A stretch of 64,000 bases of DNA, taken from NCBI GenBank assembly GCA_041192805.1, contig JBEEMF010000086.1, positions 128,291 to 192,290 on the forward strand, written 5' to 3'. A program made the position numbers and the translations under genes. Shown one piece after another: positions 27,352-36,090 of the stretch. The DNA is from Bacteroidota bacterium. GTDB lineage: Bacteria; Bacteroidota; Bacteroidia; NS11-12g; UBA955. The stretch's first letter is position 1, and each line of letters starts with the position of its first letter. The notes under the pieces are model-generated. The model saw only the letters and a program-made list of their open reading frames with translations, was not told where the DNA came from and did no database searches.

Positions 27352-28707
27352 ATGAAACGCATAGTCATTCTTTCACTTCTCCTCGCCCAATTGTCGTTGC
27401 GCGCGCAGGAAGTCAAACAGTTCAGCCTCCAGGAAGCGTTGGCCTTTACGGAGCAAAACAACTTAAGTTACTTAAATGCACAATATGATGTGCAAATTGC
27501 GCAGGAAACGGTAAAACAAACCACTTCTTACGGATTGCCTCAAGTGAGTGCATCGGCGGGGTTCCAACAGTACCTTACCATCCCTGGCAACTGGGTAAAC
27601 AATTTCACCAAAACTCCTGGATCTTCAGCCCCTGACTTTATCTTTTTACGTTTTCAGCAAGAGTTCAGTAGCAATGCTGCATTTTCGGTAAGTCAATTGC
27701 TATTTGATGGTACTTACATGGTGGGATTGCGTGCAAGCAAAGCATTCATGGGAATGAGCGACTTATTAAAGCAAAAAGCATTACGCGATGCGCAACTCAA
27801 TGTCGCCAAAGCATATGTCACGGCGGTGTCTACCCAGAAAAACCTCGACTTAATCCAAACGAATATCACCTTATTGGAAAAGTCCCTTTACGATGTCACT
27901 GAAATGAACAAAGAAGGATTTGTTGAATCTCTAGATGTGGACCGACTCACCCTCTCTTTGAGGAATCTTAAGTTGCAAAAGGAAAAGTTAGAGAATGCAA
28001 TTCTAATCACAAAAAATGCCCTAAAAATGCAAATGGGATTGTCGCTAGAAACTGAAATTACATTAACTGAAGACCTTGACAAGTTGGAGAATTCATTGAG
28101 TATTGACGACATTGCTAAGAGTTCATTCTCTAGCAGTAACCGCATCGAGCACAAGTTATTGGAGCAAAGTATCACACTTGGGAACTTAGATAAACAGCGA
28201 TACAAGGCAAGTTCATTGCCTTCTGTTGTGGGTTTTTATCAAAATCAAAAAAGCACATTGCGCAGTGAATTTAACTTCTTCCAGAGCAACTTACCTGTGA
28301 ACAATTCATGGGTCCCCTCCTCTGTCTATGGCTTCAACCTTAGAGTGCCAATTTTTGCAGGCGGATTAACACAATCCAAAATTCGCGAGACCAACATAAA
28401 AATCGAAAAGGCTAAAAACGACATGGCCAATTTTGATCGATACGCTGCCTTTGAATACACCAATGCAATCAACAGCTACGAAGTCAACATCCAACAAGCA
28501 ATCAACCAAAAAGAGAATCTGGTATTGGCACAGAAGATATACGACAAAGCGAATTTGAAGTATAAGGAAGGCGTTGGAAGCACCTTAGAAATCATGCAAG
28601 CAGAAACAGAGCTTCGCACTGCCAACAACAATTACATGAATGCCATTTACGACTTAGTCATTTCAAAAATCGATTATAGAACCACAACAGGAACACCTTT
28701 AAAATAA
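27352..28707 (+). CDS. TolC family outer membrane efflux protein
   Basis: ORF 27313..28707. The ATG at 27352 gives the signal peptide MKRIVILSLLLAQLSLRAQE. Two repeated alpha-helical/OEP halves. Its position upstream of the MFP and RND genes supports the call. Confidence 0.85.
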   Translation: MKRIVILSLLLAQLSLRAQEVKQFSLQEALAFTEQNNLSYLNAQYDVQIAQETVKQTTSYGLPQVSASAGFQQYLTIPGNWVNNFTKTPGSSAPDFIFLRFQQEFSSNAAFSVSQLLFDGTYMVGLRASKAFMGMSDLLKQKALRDAQLNVAKAYVTAVSTQKNLDLIQTNITLLEKSLYDVTEMNKEGFVESLDVDRLTLSLRNLKLQKEKLENAILITKNALKMQMGLSLETEITLTEDLDKLENSLSIDDIAKSSFSSSNRIEHKLLEQSITLGNLDKQRYKASSLPSVVGFYQNQKSTLRSEFNFFQSNLPVNNSWVPSSVYGFNLRVPIFAGGLTQSKIRETNIKIEKAKNDMANFDRYAAFEYTNAINSYEVNIQQAINQKENLVLAQKIYDKANLKYKEGVGSTLEIMQAETELRTANNNYMNAIYDLVISKIDYRTTTGTPLK

Positions 28708-28714
28708 AAAATCC

Positions 28715-29872
28715 ATGAAACGCAACATCATATTATTCAGTGTATTGGCCACTTTGGCCATCAGCGCATGCGGAGGCAAGAAGACCGCCGAAGACAATAA
28801 ACAAGCCAAATTAGACGCGCTTAAAAAAGAGATTGCCAAATTGCAGTCTGAGGCAAGTGCTCTTGAAAAAGAGATCGATCAAAAATCAGGAAAAATCAAT
28901 GGTAAGGCCGTTGAAATCACCGAAATCAAGAAGGGTGTATTCCAAAGTTACATCATGATCGAAGGATCCGCCGATGCCAATGAAAGCACCATCGCAACGC
29001 CTAAAGTCCCCGGAACCATCGTAAGAGTATTGGTTCAACCGGGCGCAAGTGTTACGGCCGGTCAAGTATTAGCCCAACTCGATAATACCACCATTTCTCA
29101 AGGTCGCAACGAATTGCAGCAACAAATGATCTACGTCACCACCCTTTTCGAAAAGCAAAAAAGACTGTGGGAAAAAGGCGTGGGTACTGAAGTTCAATAT
29201 CTATCTGTGAAAAATCAGAAAGAAGCATTGGAGAAAAGCATGAAGACGTTGGAAACACAAATCGACATGTATAACATCAAGGCACCAATAACCGGAACCT
29301 TGGAAAGTGTTGATGCCAAAGTGGGTCAAGCCGTTGCCCCTGGCCTACCCTTGTTCAGAGTAATGAACTTGAGCAATATCAAAATCAAAGCAGATGTTGC
29401 TGAATCGCACTCCAAAAAAGTAAAGGCAGGTGATAAAATCAAAATTTTCTTCCCCGACCTTCAAACGGAAATTGATGCGAACATATCTTTTGCTTCTAAG
29501 TACATCGATCCATTGAATCGCACTTTCCGTGTGGAAACCAAATTGCCTCACGTAGACAATTTAAAGCCAAATATGATTGCAAAATTGAAAATCGTGGATT
29601 ATGAAAATTCAAATACCATCAGTGTGAGTTCAAACTGTATTCAAACCACAGAATCTGGAAGCTATGTAGTGATTGCCAAAGCCCAAAGCAATGCAAAAGG
29701 CGAGGCCCAAGCATTTGTTGCCGAGCGCAGAACAATCATCACTGGTAAAAGCAGCGATGGCAAAACAGAGATCATATCGGGATTGAACGAAGGCGATTTG
29801 GTTATTACCACTGGTTACCAAGAATTGAATACCGGTCAAGCCATTACTGGTGGCTGGATGTCGGGCAAATAA
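28715..29872 (+). CDS. efflux RND transporter periplasmic adaptor (MFP/HlyD family)
   Basis: 385 aa. Lipoprotein leader (LAISAC), a coiled-coil hairpin, and lipoyl/beta-barrel motifs (G.V..V.V..G..V..GQ.LA.LD). Confidence 0.88.
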   Translation: MKRNIILFSVLATLAISACGGKKTAEDNKQAKLDALKKEIAKLQSEASALEKEIDQKSGKINGKAVEITEIKKGVFQSYIMIEGSADANESTIATPKVPGTIVRVLVQPGASVTAGQVLAQLDNTTISQGRNELQQQMIYVTTLFEKQKRLWEKGVGTEVQYLSVKNQKEALEKSMKTLETQIDMYNIKAPITGTLESVDAKVGQAVAPGLPLFRVMNLSNIKIKADVAESHSKKVKAGDKIKIFFPDLQTEIDANISFASKYIDPLNRTFRVETKLPHVDNLKPNMIAKLKIVDYENSNTISVSSNCIQTTESGSYVVIAKAQSNAKGEAQAFVAERRTIITGKSSDGKTEIISGLNEGDLVITTGYQELNTGQAITGGWMSGK

Positions 29873-29882
29873 TCCCAAAAAA

Positions 29883-32800
29883 ATGAGCAAATTTAAAGAA
29901 TTTAAACCCACGAGCTGGAGTATCGATAACAAAACCAGCATTTATATCATGACGATATTTATCAGTATCGCCGGGATATTTTCATATAATTCGTTGCCAA
30001 AAGAGCAGTTTCCTGACATCGTTATCCCAACGATTATCGTTCAAACGGTATATCCGGGTTCATCGCCAAAGGATATCGAAAACCTAATCACCAAACCACT
30101 TGAGAAGAAAATCAAATCTATCAGCGGTGTAAAAAAACTTAAAAGCAATTCGATTCAGGATTTCAGTATAGTAACTGTTGAATTCGATACCGACGTCAAG
30201 GTAGACTTGGCCAAGCAAAAGGTGAAAGACCAGGTTGACAAAGCGAAGAGCGATTTACCAAACGATTTAAAAACCGACCCTATTGTTCAGGAAATCAACT
30301 TTTCTGACATGCCGGTTATGTATATAAACATCAGTGGAAACATCGATTTGCAGTCATTGAAGCGCTATGCAGAGATCGCAAAAGACAAGATTGAGAGTTT
30401 ACCGAGCATCACACGTGTTGATATTGTTGGTGCTTTAGACAAGGAATTACAGGTCAACTTGGATTTGACAGCGATGGCAAGTACCGGTTTAACAATGGAC
30501 GATGTAACCCGAGCCATTCAGTATGAAAACATGCGTATTTCTGGCGGTAATATTGACGTTGACCAAATGCAACGTTCTTTAAGTGTAAGCGGTGAATTCA
30601 ATTCCAAAACGGAAATCGAAAACATCGCGGTTCGCACAGGAACTGGAGCCACGGTATATCTTAGGGATGTGGCCCAGGTGGTTGACGGATTTAAGGATAA
30701 AGAAAGTTACGCTCGCTTGGAAGGTAAAAACGTAATTACCATGAACGTGGTAAAAAGAGCCGGTGAGAATTTGATTTTAACCAGCGATAAGTGTCATGAA
30801 ATTATCAAGGATTTACAGACCAGCGGAACCTACCCCAAAGAAATGGATGTTGTTTTCACGGGCGATCAATCGGTGAAGACAAGAACAACGGTTCACGATT
30901 TGATCAACACAATTATCATTGGCTTCATTTTGGTAACAATGATTTTGATGTTCTTCATGGGTGCAACAAACGCAATTTTCGTGGCCCTATCAGTTCCGTT
31001 GAGTTGCTTTATTGCATTCTTAATAATGCCTACGATTGGCTTTAGCTTAAATATGATTGTATTGTTTGCATTCTTGTTGGCTTTAGGGATTGTGGTAGAC
31101 GATGCGATTGTGGTTATCGAGAATACCCACCGTATCTTTCATAAAGACAAATTACCCATTAAAGAAGCTGCGAAAAAAGCTGCTGGTGAGGTATTCCTTC
31201 CTGTTTTGTCGGGTACTATGACAACCCTAGCCCCCTTTATTCCATTGGCGTTCTGGAAAGGTATTGTAGGTAAATTTATGTTCTTCTTGCCTGTTACTCT
31301 AATTATTACGTTGTTGGCTTCGTTGTTGGTTGCTTACATCATCAACCCAGTGTTTGCTGTCGATTTCATGGAAGACGAGCATGCTGTGGAAGACAAAGCC
31401 AAAACCAAAAAGGCGGTTCGCAGAACAACGATCGTAATGGGAATCATTTCGATCCTCGGATATGTAGGTGGCGGATTTGGTACGGGGAATTTCTTCGTGA
31501 CATTATTGTTGGTTTACCTAGCTCATCACTATTGGTTGAGGCATGTGATCGTAAAATTCCAAACCAAAACTTGGCCTTCGGTTCAAAACAAATACGAGAA
31601 GATGATCACCTATCTTCTAAAAAAGAACCACGCGAGACAGACAATTTTTGCAACCATTGTATTGTTAATTGGATCCTTCGTTATCACGGCAATCCGCAAA
31701 CCAGGCGTAGTATTCTTCCCACAAGCGGAACCAAACTTTACTTATGTTTACCTGACGATGCCTACGGGTACATCGGCCAAACACACCGATAGCATTCTAA
31801 AAATTGCAGAAAAACGTGTTTTTAACACCATCGGAAAAGATAATTCATTGATTGAAAGTGTGATTTCTAACGTCGCCGTTGGCGCTACCGACCCTCAAAG
31901 TGGAGATCGTACAACTGCGGGTAATAAAGCAAAAATCACAGTGGCTTATGTGGAATTTGAAAAACGCGAAGGCCAAAGCACGCTGGAGATGCTCAAAAAA
32001 ATCAGGGCTAATATTGGAACCATTGCAGGCGCTGAAATCATCGTAGAGCAAGAAAGAAATGGCCCTCCGGTTGGAAAGGCCGTTAACATTGAAATTCGCG
32101 GTGACGAGTTTAACTCATTGGTAAAAACGGCATCGGACTTAAAAACGCTTTTGGATTCCAAAAAAATCCCTGGTGTTGAGGAATTGAAAACCGACTTTAT
32201 CAGTTCTAAACCGGAGATCATCATCAAAATTGATCGTGAGCGGGCCAACAGATTCGGAATCAGCACGGCCCAAATTGGTATGGCATTGAGAGGCAGTATT
32301 TATGGTACCGAAGCGAGTAAGTTTAAGGACGAGAACGACGACTACCCTATTATGGTTCGCATTAAGAAATTGGATGCTAACAACTTAGATGCGTTATTGA
32401 ATATGAGAATCACTTTTCGCGATATGGCAGCGGGTGGATTGATACGTCAGATCCCCTTGAGTTCAGTGGCTTCGGCGGAGTATTCAAATACTTTCGGTGG
32501 GATTAACCGTTTAAATCAAAAGCGCGTAATTACCCTAGCGAGTAACGTATTGCCTGGTTTTGCTCCCAATGGGGTTGTTGCTGATGTTCAGAGTGCTTTG
32601 GACGCGTTCGACAAACCATCGGACATTCAAGTGATCATGACCGGTGAGCAGGAACAACAAAAGGAAACCGGCGCCTTCTTGGGCAATGCAATGTTGGCTT
32701 CTTTGGCGTTGATCTTGATCATCTTGGTAACACAGTTTAATTCTATCAGTAAGCCATTGCTAATCTTAAGCGAAATCTTCTTATCGTTGATAGGCGTATT

Positions 32801-33287
32801 ATTAGGCTTTGCGATATTCAACAAGGACTTCTCCGTTGTAATGACTGGTATTGGAATTGTGGCTTTGGTCGGAATTGTTGTTCGAAACGGGATTTTGTTG
32901 GTAGAATTTACGGATTTGCTGCGTGAGCGAGGAGCGACATTAAAAGATGCAATTATTGAAGCGGGTAAAACACGTATGACACCTGTATTGTTAACTGCCT
33001 CTGCGACCATTTTAGGTCTGGTACCATTGGCGGTAGGATTAAATATGGATTTCGGTACATTGTTCAGCGAGTTGAACCCCCATATCTACTTTGGTGGCGA
33101 TAACGTTGCCTTCTGGGGTCCTTTGAGCTGGACGATGATCTACGGATTGGGATTTGGTACTTTCCTAACCTTGATCTTGGTACCTTGTATGTATTACTTG
33201 AATGAGAAGTTCAAGTCTAGAGTATATCGTTGGATGGGTCGCAATTACAACCCAGACACGATGATGCGCCCAGAACCTAAGAAATAA
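29883..33287 (+). CDS. efflux RND transporter permease (AcrB/HAE1-like)
   Basis: ORF 29850..33287, with the ATG at 29883 preferred. About 1134 aa with 12 predicted TM segments in two halves. Motifs LALGIVVDDAIVVIEN and VGIVVRNGILLVEF. Confidence 0.93.
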   Translation: MSKFKEFKPTSWSIDNKTSIYIMTIFISIAGIFSYNSLPKEQFPDIVIPTIIVQTVYPGSSPKDIENLITKPLEKKIKSISGVKKLKSNSIQDFSIVTVEFDTDVKVDLAKQKVKDQVDKAKSDLPNDLKTDPIVQEINFSDMPVMYINISGNIDLQSLKRYAEIAKDKIESLPSITRVDIVGALDKELQVNLDLTAMASTGLTMDDVTRAIQYENMRISGGNIDVDQMQRSLSVSGEFNSKTEIENIAVRTGTGATVYLRDVAQVVDGFKDKESYARLEGKNVITMNVVKRAGENLILTSDKCHEIIKDLQTSGTYPKEMDVVFTGDQSVKTRTTVHDLINTIIIGFILVTMILMFFMGATNAIFVALSVPLSCFIAFLIMPTIGFSLNMIVLFAFLLALGIVVDDAIVVIENTHRIFHKDKLPIKEAAKKAAGEVFLPVLSGTMTTLAPFIPLAFWKGIVGKFMFFLPVTLIITLLASLLVAYIINPVFAVDFMEDEHAVEDKAKTKKAVRRTTIVMGIISILGYVGGGFGTGNFFVTLLLVYLAHHYWLRHVIVKFQTKTWPSVQNKYEKMITYLLKKNHARQTIFATIVLLIGSFVITAIRKPGVVFFPQAEPNFTYVYLTMPTGTSAKHTDSILKIAEKRVFNTIGKDNSLIESVISNVAVGATDPQSGDRTTAGNKAKITVAYVEFEKREGQSTLEMLKKIRANIGTIAGAEIIVEQERNGPPVGKAVNIEIRGDEFNSLVKTASDLKTLLDSKKIPGVEELKTDFISSKPEIIIKIDRERANRFGISTAQIGMALRGSIYGTEASKFKDENDDYPIMVRIKKLDANNLDALLNMRITFRDMAAGGLIRQIPLSSVASAEYSNTFGGINRLNQKRVITLASNVLPGFAPNGVVADVQSALDAFDKPSDIQVIMTGEQEQQKETGAFLGNAMLASLALILIILVTQFNSISKPLLILSEIFLSLIGVLLGFAIFNKDFSVVMTGIGIVALVGIVVRNGILLVEFTDLLRERGATLKDAIIEAGKTRMTPVLLTASATILGLVPLAVGLNMDFGTLFSELNPHIYFGGDNVAFWGPLSWTMIYGLGFGTFLTLILVPCMYYLNEKFKSRVYRWMGRNYNPDTMMRPEPKK

Positions 33288-33315
33288 TAGAGATATTTAT
33301 TCAATCTACGAAAAA

Positions 33316-33339
33316 GGGCGCCCATTGGGCGCCCTTTTT
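33316..33339. terminator. bidirectional rho-independent terminator
   Basis: GGGCGCCC-ATT-GGGCGCCC hairpin at 33316-33334, flanked by AAAAA (33311-15) and TTTTT (33335-39). It lies between the convergent RND gene and the 33368..34357 gene. Confidence 0.75.
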
Positions 33340-33367
33340 AATGAATTACATATTGAAGCGAGTGTAC

Positions 33368-34357
33368 TTATTCTAAAGTGAAGTTATTCTTCTGACGCAT
33401 CAATCCGCGTGTCCACAACTCTGCAGTATACTTACCCTTCATCAACTTTCCTGTCAACAAACCTTTTTCTGGGAAATTCCATTTAACTTTTTGCAAGGCA
33501 CCATCAAATTGAATGGTATTCTTCAAACTGTTAACTTTGCTCTTATCTGTCAACTTGGTGTTTGTAGTAGACAAAACACCACCGTTAGGATCGATGATCC
33601 TAATGGTCACTTCTTCTTCTAAAGGCTGGGTTACCATTGGATTTTCTAACACATCAAAAGTTACACGGATTTTATCTATGCCCTTAGCTTTCATGGTTTC
33701 GGTCATCACACCCTTCTTATCAAACAATCCAGTAATCAACAATGCGCCAAACTGAGGACGAGCCCCTTTGTCTAAACGATCTTTCAATTCAACATTTTCA
33801 GATTCCAACGTAGCAGAACGATCTTTTTCGGCAGTTAATTGAGCCACATAATCATTTTTCTCTTTGGTTAAGCCTTCTATCAACGCCATCAATTCAGCAA
33901 CTTTAGCACGGGCTTCTTCCAATTGCTTGCGCAAATCTTCCACTTCTGCTCCACCCTTGCCACTCTTCGCTGCTTTTCTAGAAGCCTTTGTCGATTTCTT
34001 AGCACCATCACCGCTGCCGGCAGTTGCGCCATCACCTGAAATACCATCGGAGATTTCTCTTCTCAAACGATAAATTTCCTGCATTGCAGCAATAACCCTT
34101 GGGTTTTTGTCGCTCTCCAACTCTTCCACCTTTAAAACCAAGGTTTGATTTTCATTTTGGAAAGTTTGAATGACCAAATTCAAAGAATCTTCCATTCGAT
34201 TTAACTCACTTTGCAAAGAATCTTTGGCCTTCATTACAGCCACTTTGTTTTCCAATTCTTTGTCACTTTTCATTTTGTTGAGATACAAAAATGTATTACT
34301 TCCAAGAGAAGCCAACAACAAAATCACAAGTACTACGGTTAATGCGGTCCTATTCAT
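33368..34357 (-). CDS. hypothetical membrane-anchored coiled-coil protein
   Basis: 329 aa. N-terminal TM helix (ALTVVLVILLLASLGS), two coiled-coil stretches split by a G/A/S/K-rich low-complexity linker, and a roughly 130-aa beta-rich C-terminal domain. No recognisable family. Confidence 0.55.
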   Translation of the reverse strand: MNRTALTVVLVILLLASLGSNTFLYLNKMKSDKELENKVAVMKAKDSLQSELNRMEDSLNLVIQTFQNENQTLVLKVEELESDKNPRVIAAMQEIYRLRREISDGISGDGATAGSGDGAKKSTKASRKAAKSGKGGAEVEDLRKQLEEARAKVAELMALIEGLTKEKNDYVAQLTAEKDRSATLESENVELKDRLDKGARPQFGALLITGLFDKKGVMTETMKAKGIDKIRVTFDVLENPMVTQPLEEEVTIRIIDPNGGVLSTTNTKLTDKSKVNSLKNTIQFDGALQKVKWNFPEKGLLTGKLMKGKYTAELWTRGLMRQKNNFTLE

Positions 34358-34364
34358 ACAATTG

Positions 34365-34372
34365 CAAAGTTA
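34365..34372 (-). promoter_or_regulatory. candidate -7 box (TAACTTTG on minus strand)
   Basis: Exact TAnnTTTG match, 7 nt upstream of the ATG at 34357. Confidence 0.4.
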
Positions 34373-34430
34373 AATAATAATTCAAATATTCCACCCCTCT
34401 TGCACAATTCGCTTAATCGCAAACTGGCAA

Positions 34431-35903
34431 TTATTGTTTTTTCAATGTATTCGGGCGCTGATTAATCGACATCAAACGTTGTTTCGGATCAATCAAAAAA
34501 TACTGCGGCATGGTTTGTAGTTTCAGTTTTTCGGCCACTTCAGATGAACAGAACCCCTGAATAAATTGGGTTTCATATCTCTTATTGTATTGATAGACAT
34601 ATCTTCCACCTCCGCCATGATTCAAGCACACAATTTGAATACTATCGGGCAAATTCCTAGATAAATCGTGTAATTCAGCACTGTCGTTGATATAATTCGG
34701 ATTATCGGCATTCCAAACCACAACGTAAGTATACTTGCCTTTGAAAGTCCGAATCGAACGGCGATGTACCGGATTCTCCTTTAGTTTACCGGGCTGGTAT
34801 TTGCCTTCAATTAAACAAAACTTGAACTTGGGCAATTTCTCGCCAATCAACAAACTCCGACTTCCCTTGATTCCCACATTTTTTATTTTTCGATGCGAAA
34901 TCGCCCATATCCCGTCCTTGCCTTGATTGACATTTTCTATCAATTGGGCCTGCCCTAACCAATCCACTATTAATCCCGGACGATAATCCCATGAGTTGCT
35001 GCTGTTGAATTCACCCCGATTATTACCCACAATTACTTTGTCGATACCTATGTCGTTGTACAACCCATTCAGATTGACATCCTTCACGGCCCAATACAAA
35101 GTATCGTTTTGAATGGAGTTATTGATTTTCTCCCCTCCAAACCAAACGGCTTTACGATGTTGCCTAAAACTGATATTGCATCCCAAATATTCTCTACGTC
35201 CGCAAACCAAGGCAATGGCATCGTCGTACATTTTTTGGACCGACCTCAATTCTCCCGGCATAAATTGATTAAATCCAACGGCCATACCATTCTGCGTTGT
35301 ATCTAGTAAAATAAGGCTCTGACTAAAAACGCGGTCTCCGTCATTCCGCTTAGGCAATGTCAACTTCATGGGAAAATACCACTGCGCAGCTCCATCATCC
35401 GTTAAATCAAAATTGTGATTCAAATCAACCCGTATTTTGGTTGCGCGGTACCTCATATTCATTGGATTATCAACCAAAATCAATGTATGAGTTGGCAATA
35501 ACCCAACGCCATGGTGGTGAGGCACAAAACCGTAAGCGTGTTTAATTCCACGGGTTAAACTATCCTTGGAAATCATCACCTTCCAAGCAACCAATGGCAT
35601 CCCCGTATAATCTGCCGATAGGTCGATGGGTTGAATAATACTGTCGTTGGTGATCGAAAATAAAGGCAAAACATCAATCAAATGATTGATTTCATTATCC
35701 GCCCCACGCTGACTCAACGCGGTTACAACCAATTTAGAATGCCCTATTCCTTTTGACTTGGAACCTTCCGCACGCGATGAAGGCGAGGCCGGATTTACAG
35801 GGTTTTGATTTTCCGCAGATTGAGAAAATGCATAGTTACTAGATAACCCCAAGGCCAAAAAAATGACAATCAACGAATAAAACCGTTGCATGGGCCACTG
35901 CAT
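34431..35903 (-). CDS. secreted hypothetical protein with C-terminal thioredoxin-fold-like domain lacking CXXC
   Basis: 490 aa with a signal peptide (LIVIFLALGLSSNYAFSQ). The C-terminal ~125 aa has a TlpA/AhpC-like layout (KGKYTYVVVW....., VCLNHGG, MPQYFLIDPKQRL), but WNADN sits where WxxWCxxC is expected. Confidence 0.55.
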   Translation of the reverse strand: MQWPMQRFYSLIVIFLALGLSSNYAFSQSAENQNPVNPASPSSRAEGSKSKGIGHSKLVVTALSQRGADNEINHLIDVLPLFSITNDSIIQPIDLSADYTGMPLVAWKVMISKDSLTRGIKHAYGFVPHHHGVGLLPTHTLILVDNPMNMRYRATKIRVDLNHNFDLTDDGAAQWYFPMKLTLPKRNDGDRVFSQSLILLDTTQNGMAVGFNQFMPGELRSVQKMYDDAIALVCGRREYLGCNISFRQHRKAVWFGGEKINNSIQNDTLYWAVKDVNLNGLYNDIGIDKVIVGNNRGEFNSSNSWDYRPGLIVDWLGQAQLIENVNQGKDGIWAISHRKIKNVGIKGSRSLLIGEKLPKFKFCLIEGKYQPGKLKENPVHRRSIRTFKGKYTYVVVWNADNPNYINDSAELHDLSRNLPDSIQIVCLNHGGGGRYVYQYNKRYETQFIQGFCSSEVAEKLKLQTMPQYFLIDPKQRLMSINQRPNTLKKQ

Positions 35904-36062
35904 TTACTTAGTCGTAAAACGCACAATAATCACAATCAACGCAATTACAAACATCAAAATCGAAATTCGATTCATGCCGTGCATCATACGCAAATTGAAA
36001 GTGCTTTTTACTTCCGTTTGCTTGCGAAAGGTGAGGTAGGAAATCAATTTTTGAAAAATCAT
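35904..36062 (-). CDS. small membrane protein (52 aa), not in the ORF track
   Basis: My translation is MIFQKLISYLTFRKQTEVKSTFNLRMMHGMNRISILMFVIALIVIIVRFTTK. It has one C-terminal TM helix. The ATG lies 28 nt after the lon stop. Its TAA stop abuts the ATG of the next gene (TAAATG at 35901-35906). Confidence 0.5.
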   Translation of the reverse strand: MIFQKLISYLTFRKQTEVKSTFNLRMMHGMNRISILMFVIALIVIIVRFTTK

Positions 36063-36090
36063 AGCTAACAAACTTAAGAAAAAAAACGTG

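Noticed and set aside
35886-36068. A 60-aa plus-strand ORF in the lon-downstream gap.
   Set aside because: The sequence is His/Asn/Gln-rich and low-complexity, with no promoter box, and it is antisense to a better-supported minus-strand micro-ORF that has a TM helix and TAAATG coupling.
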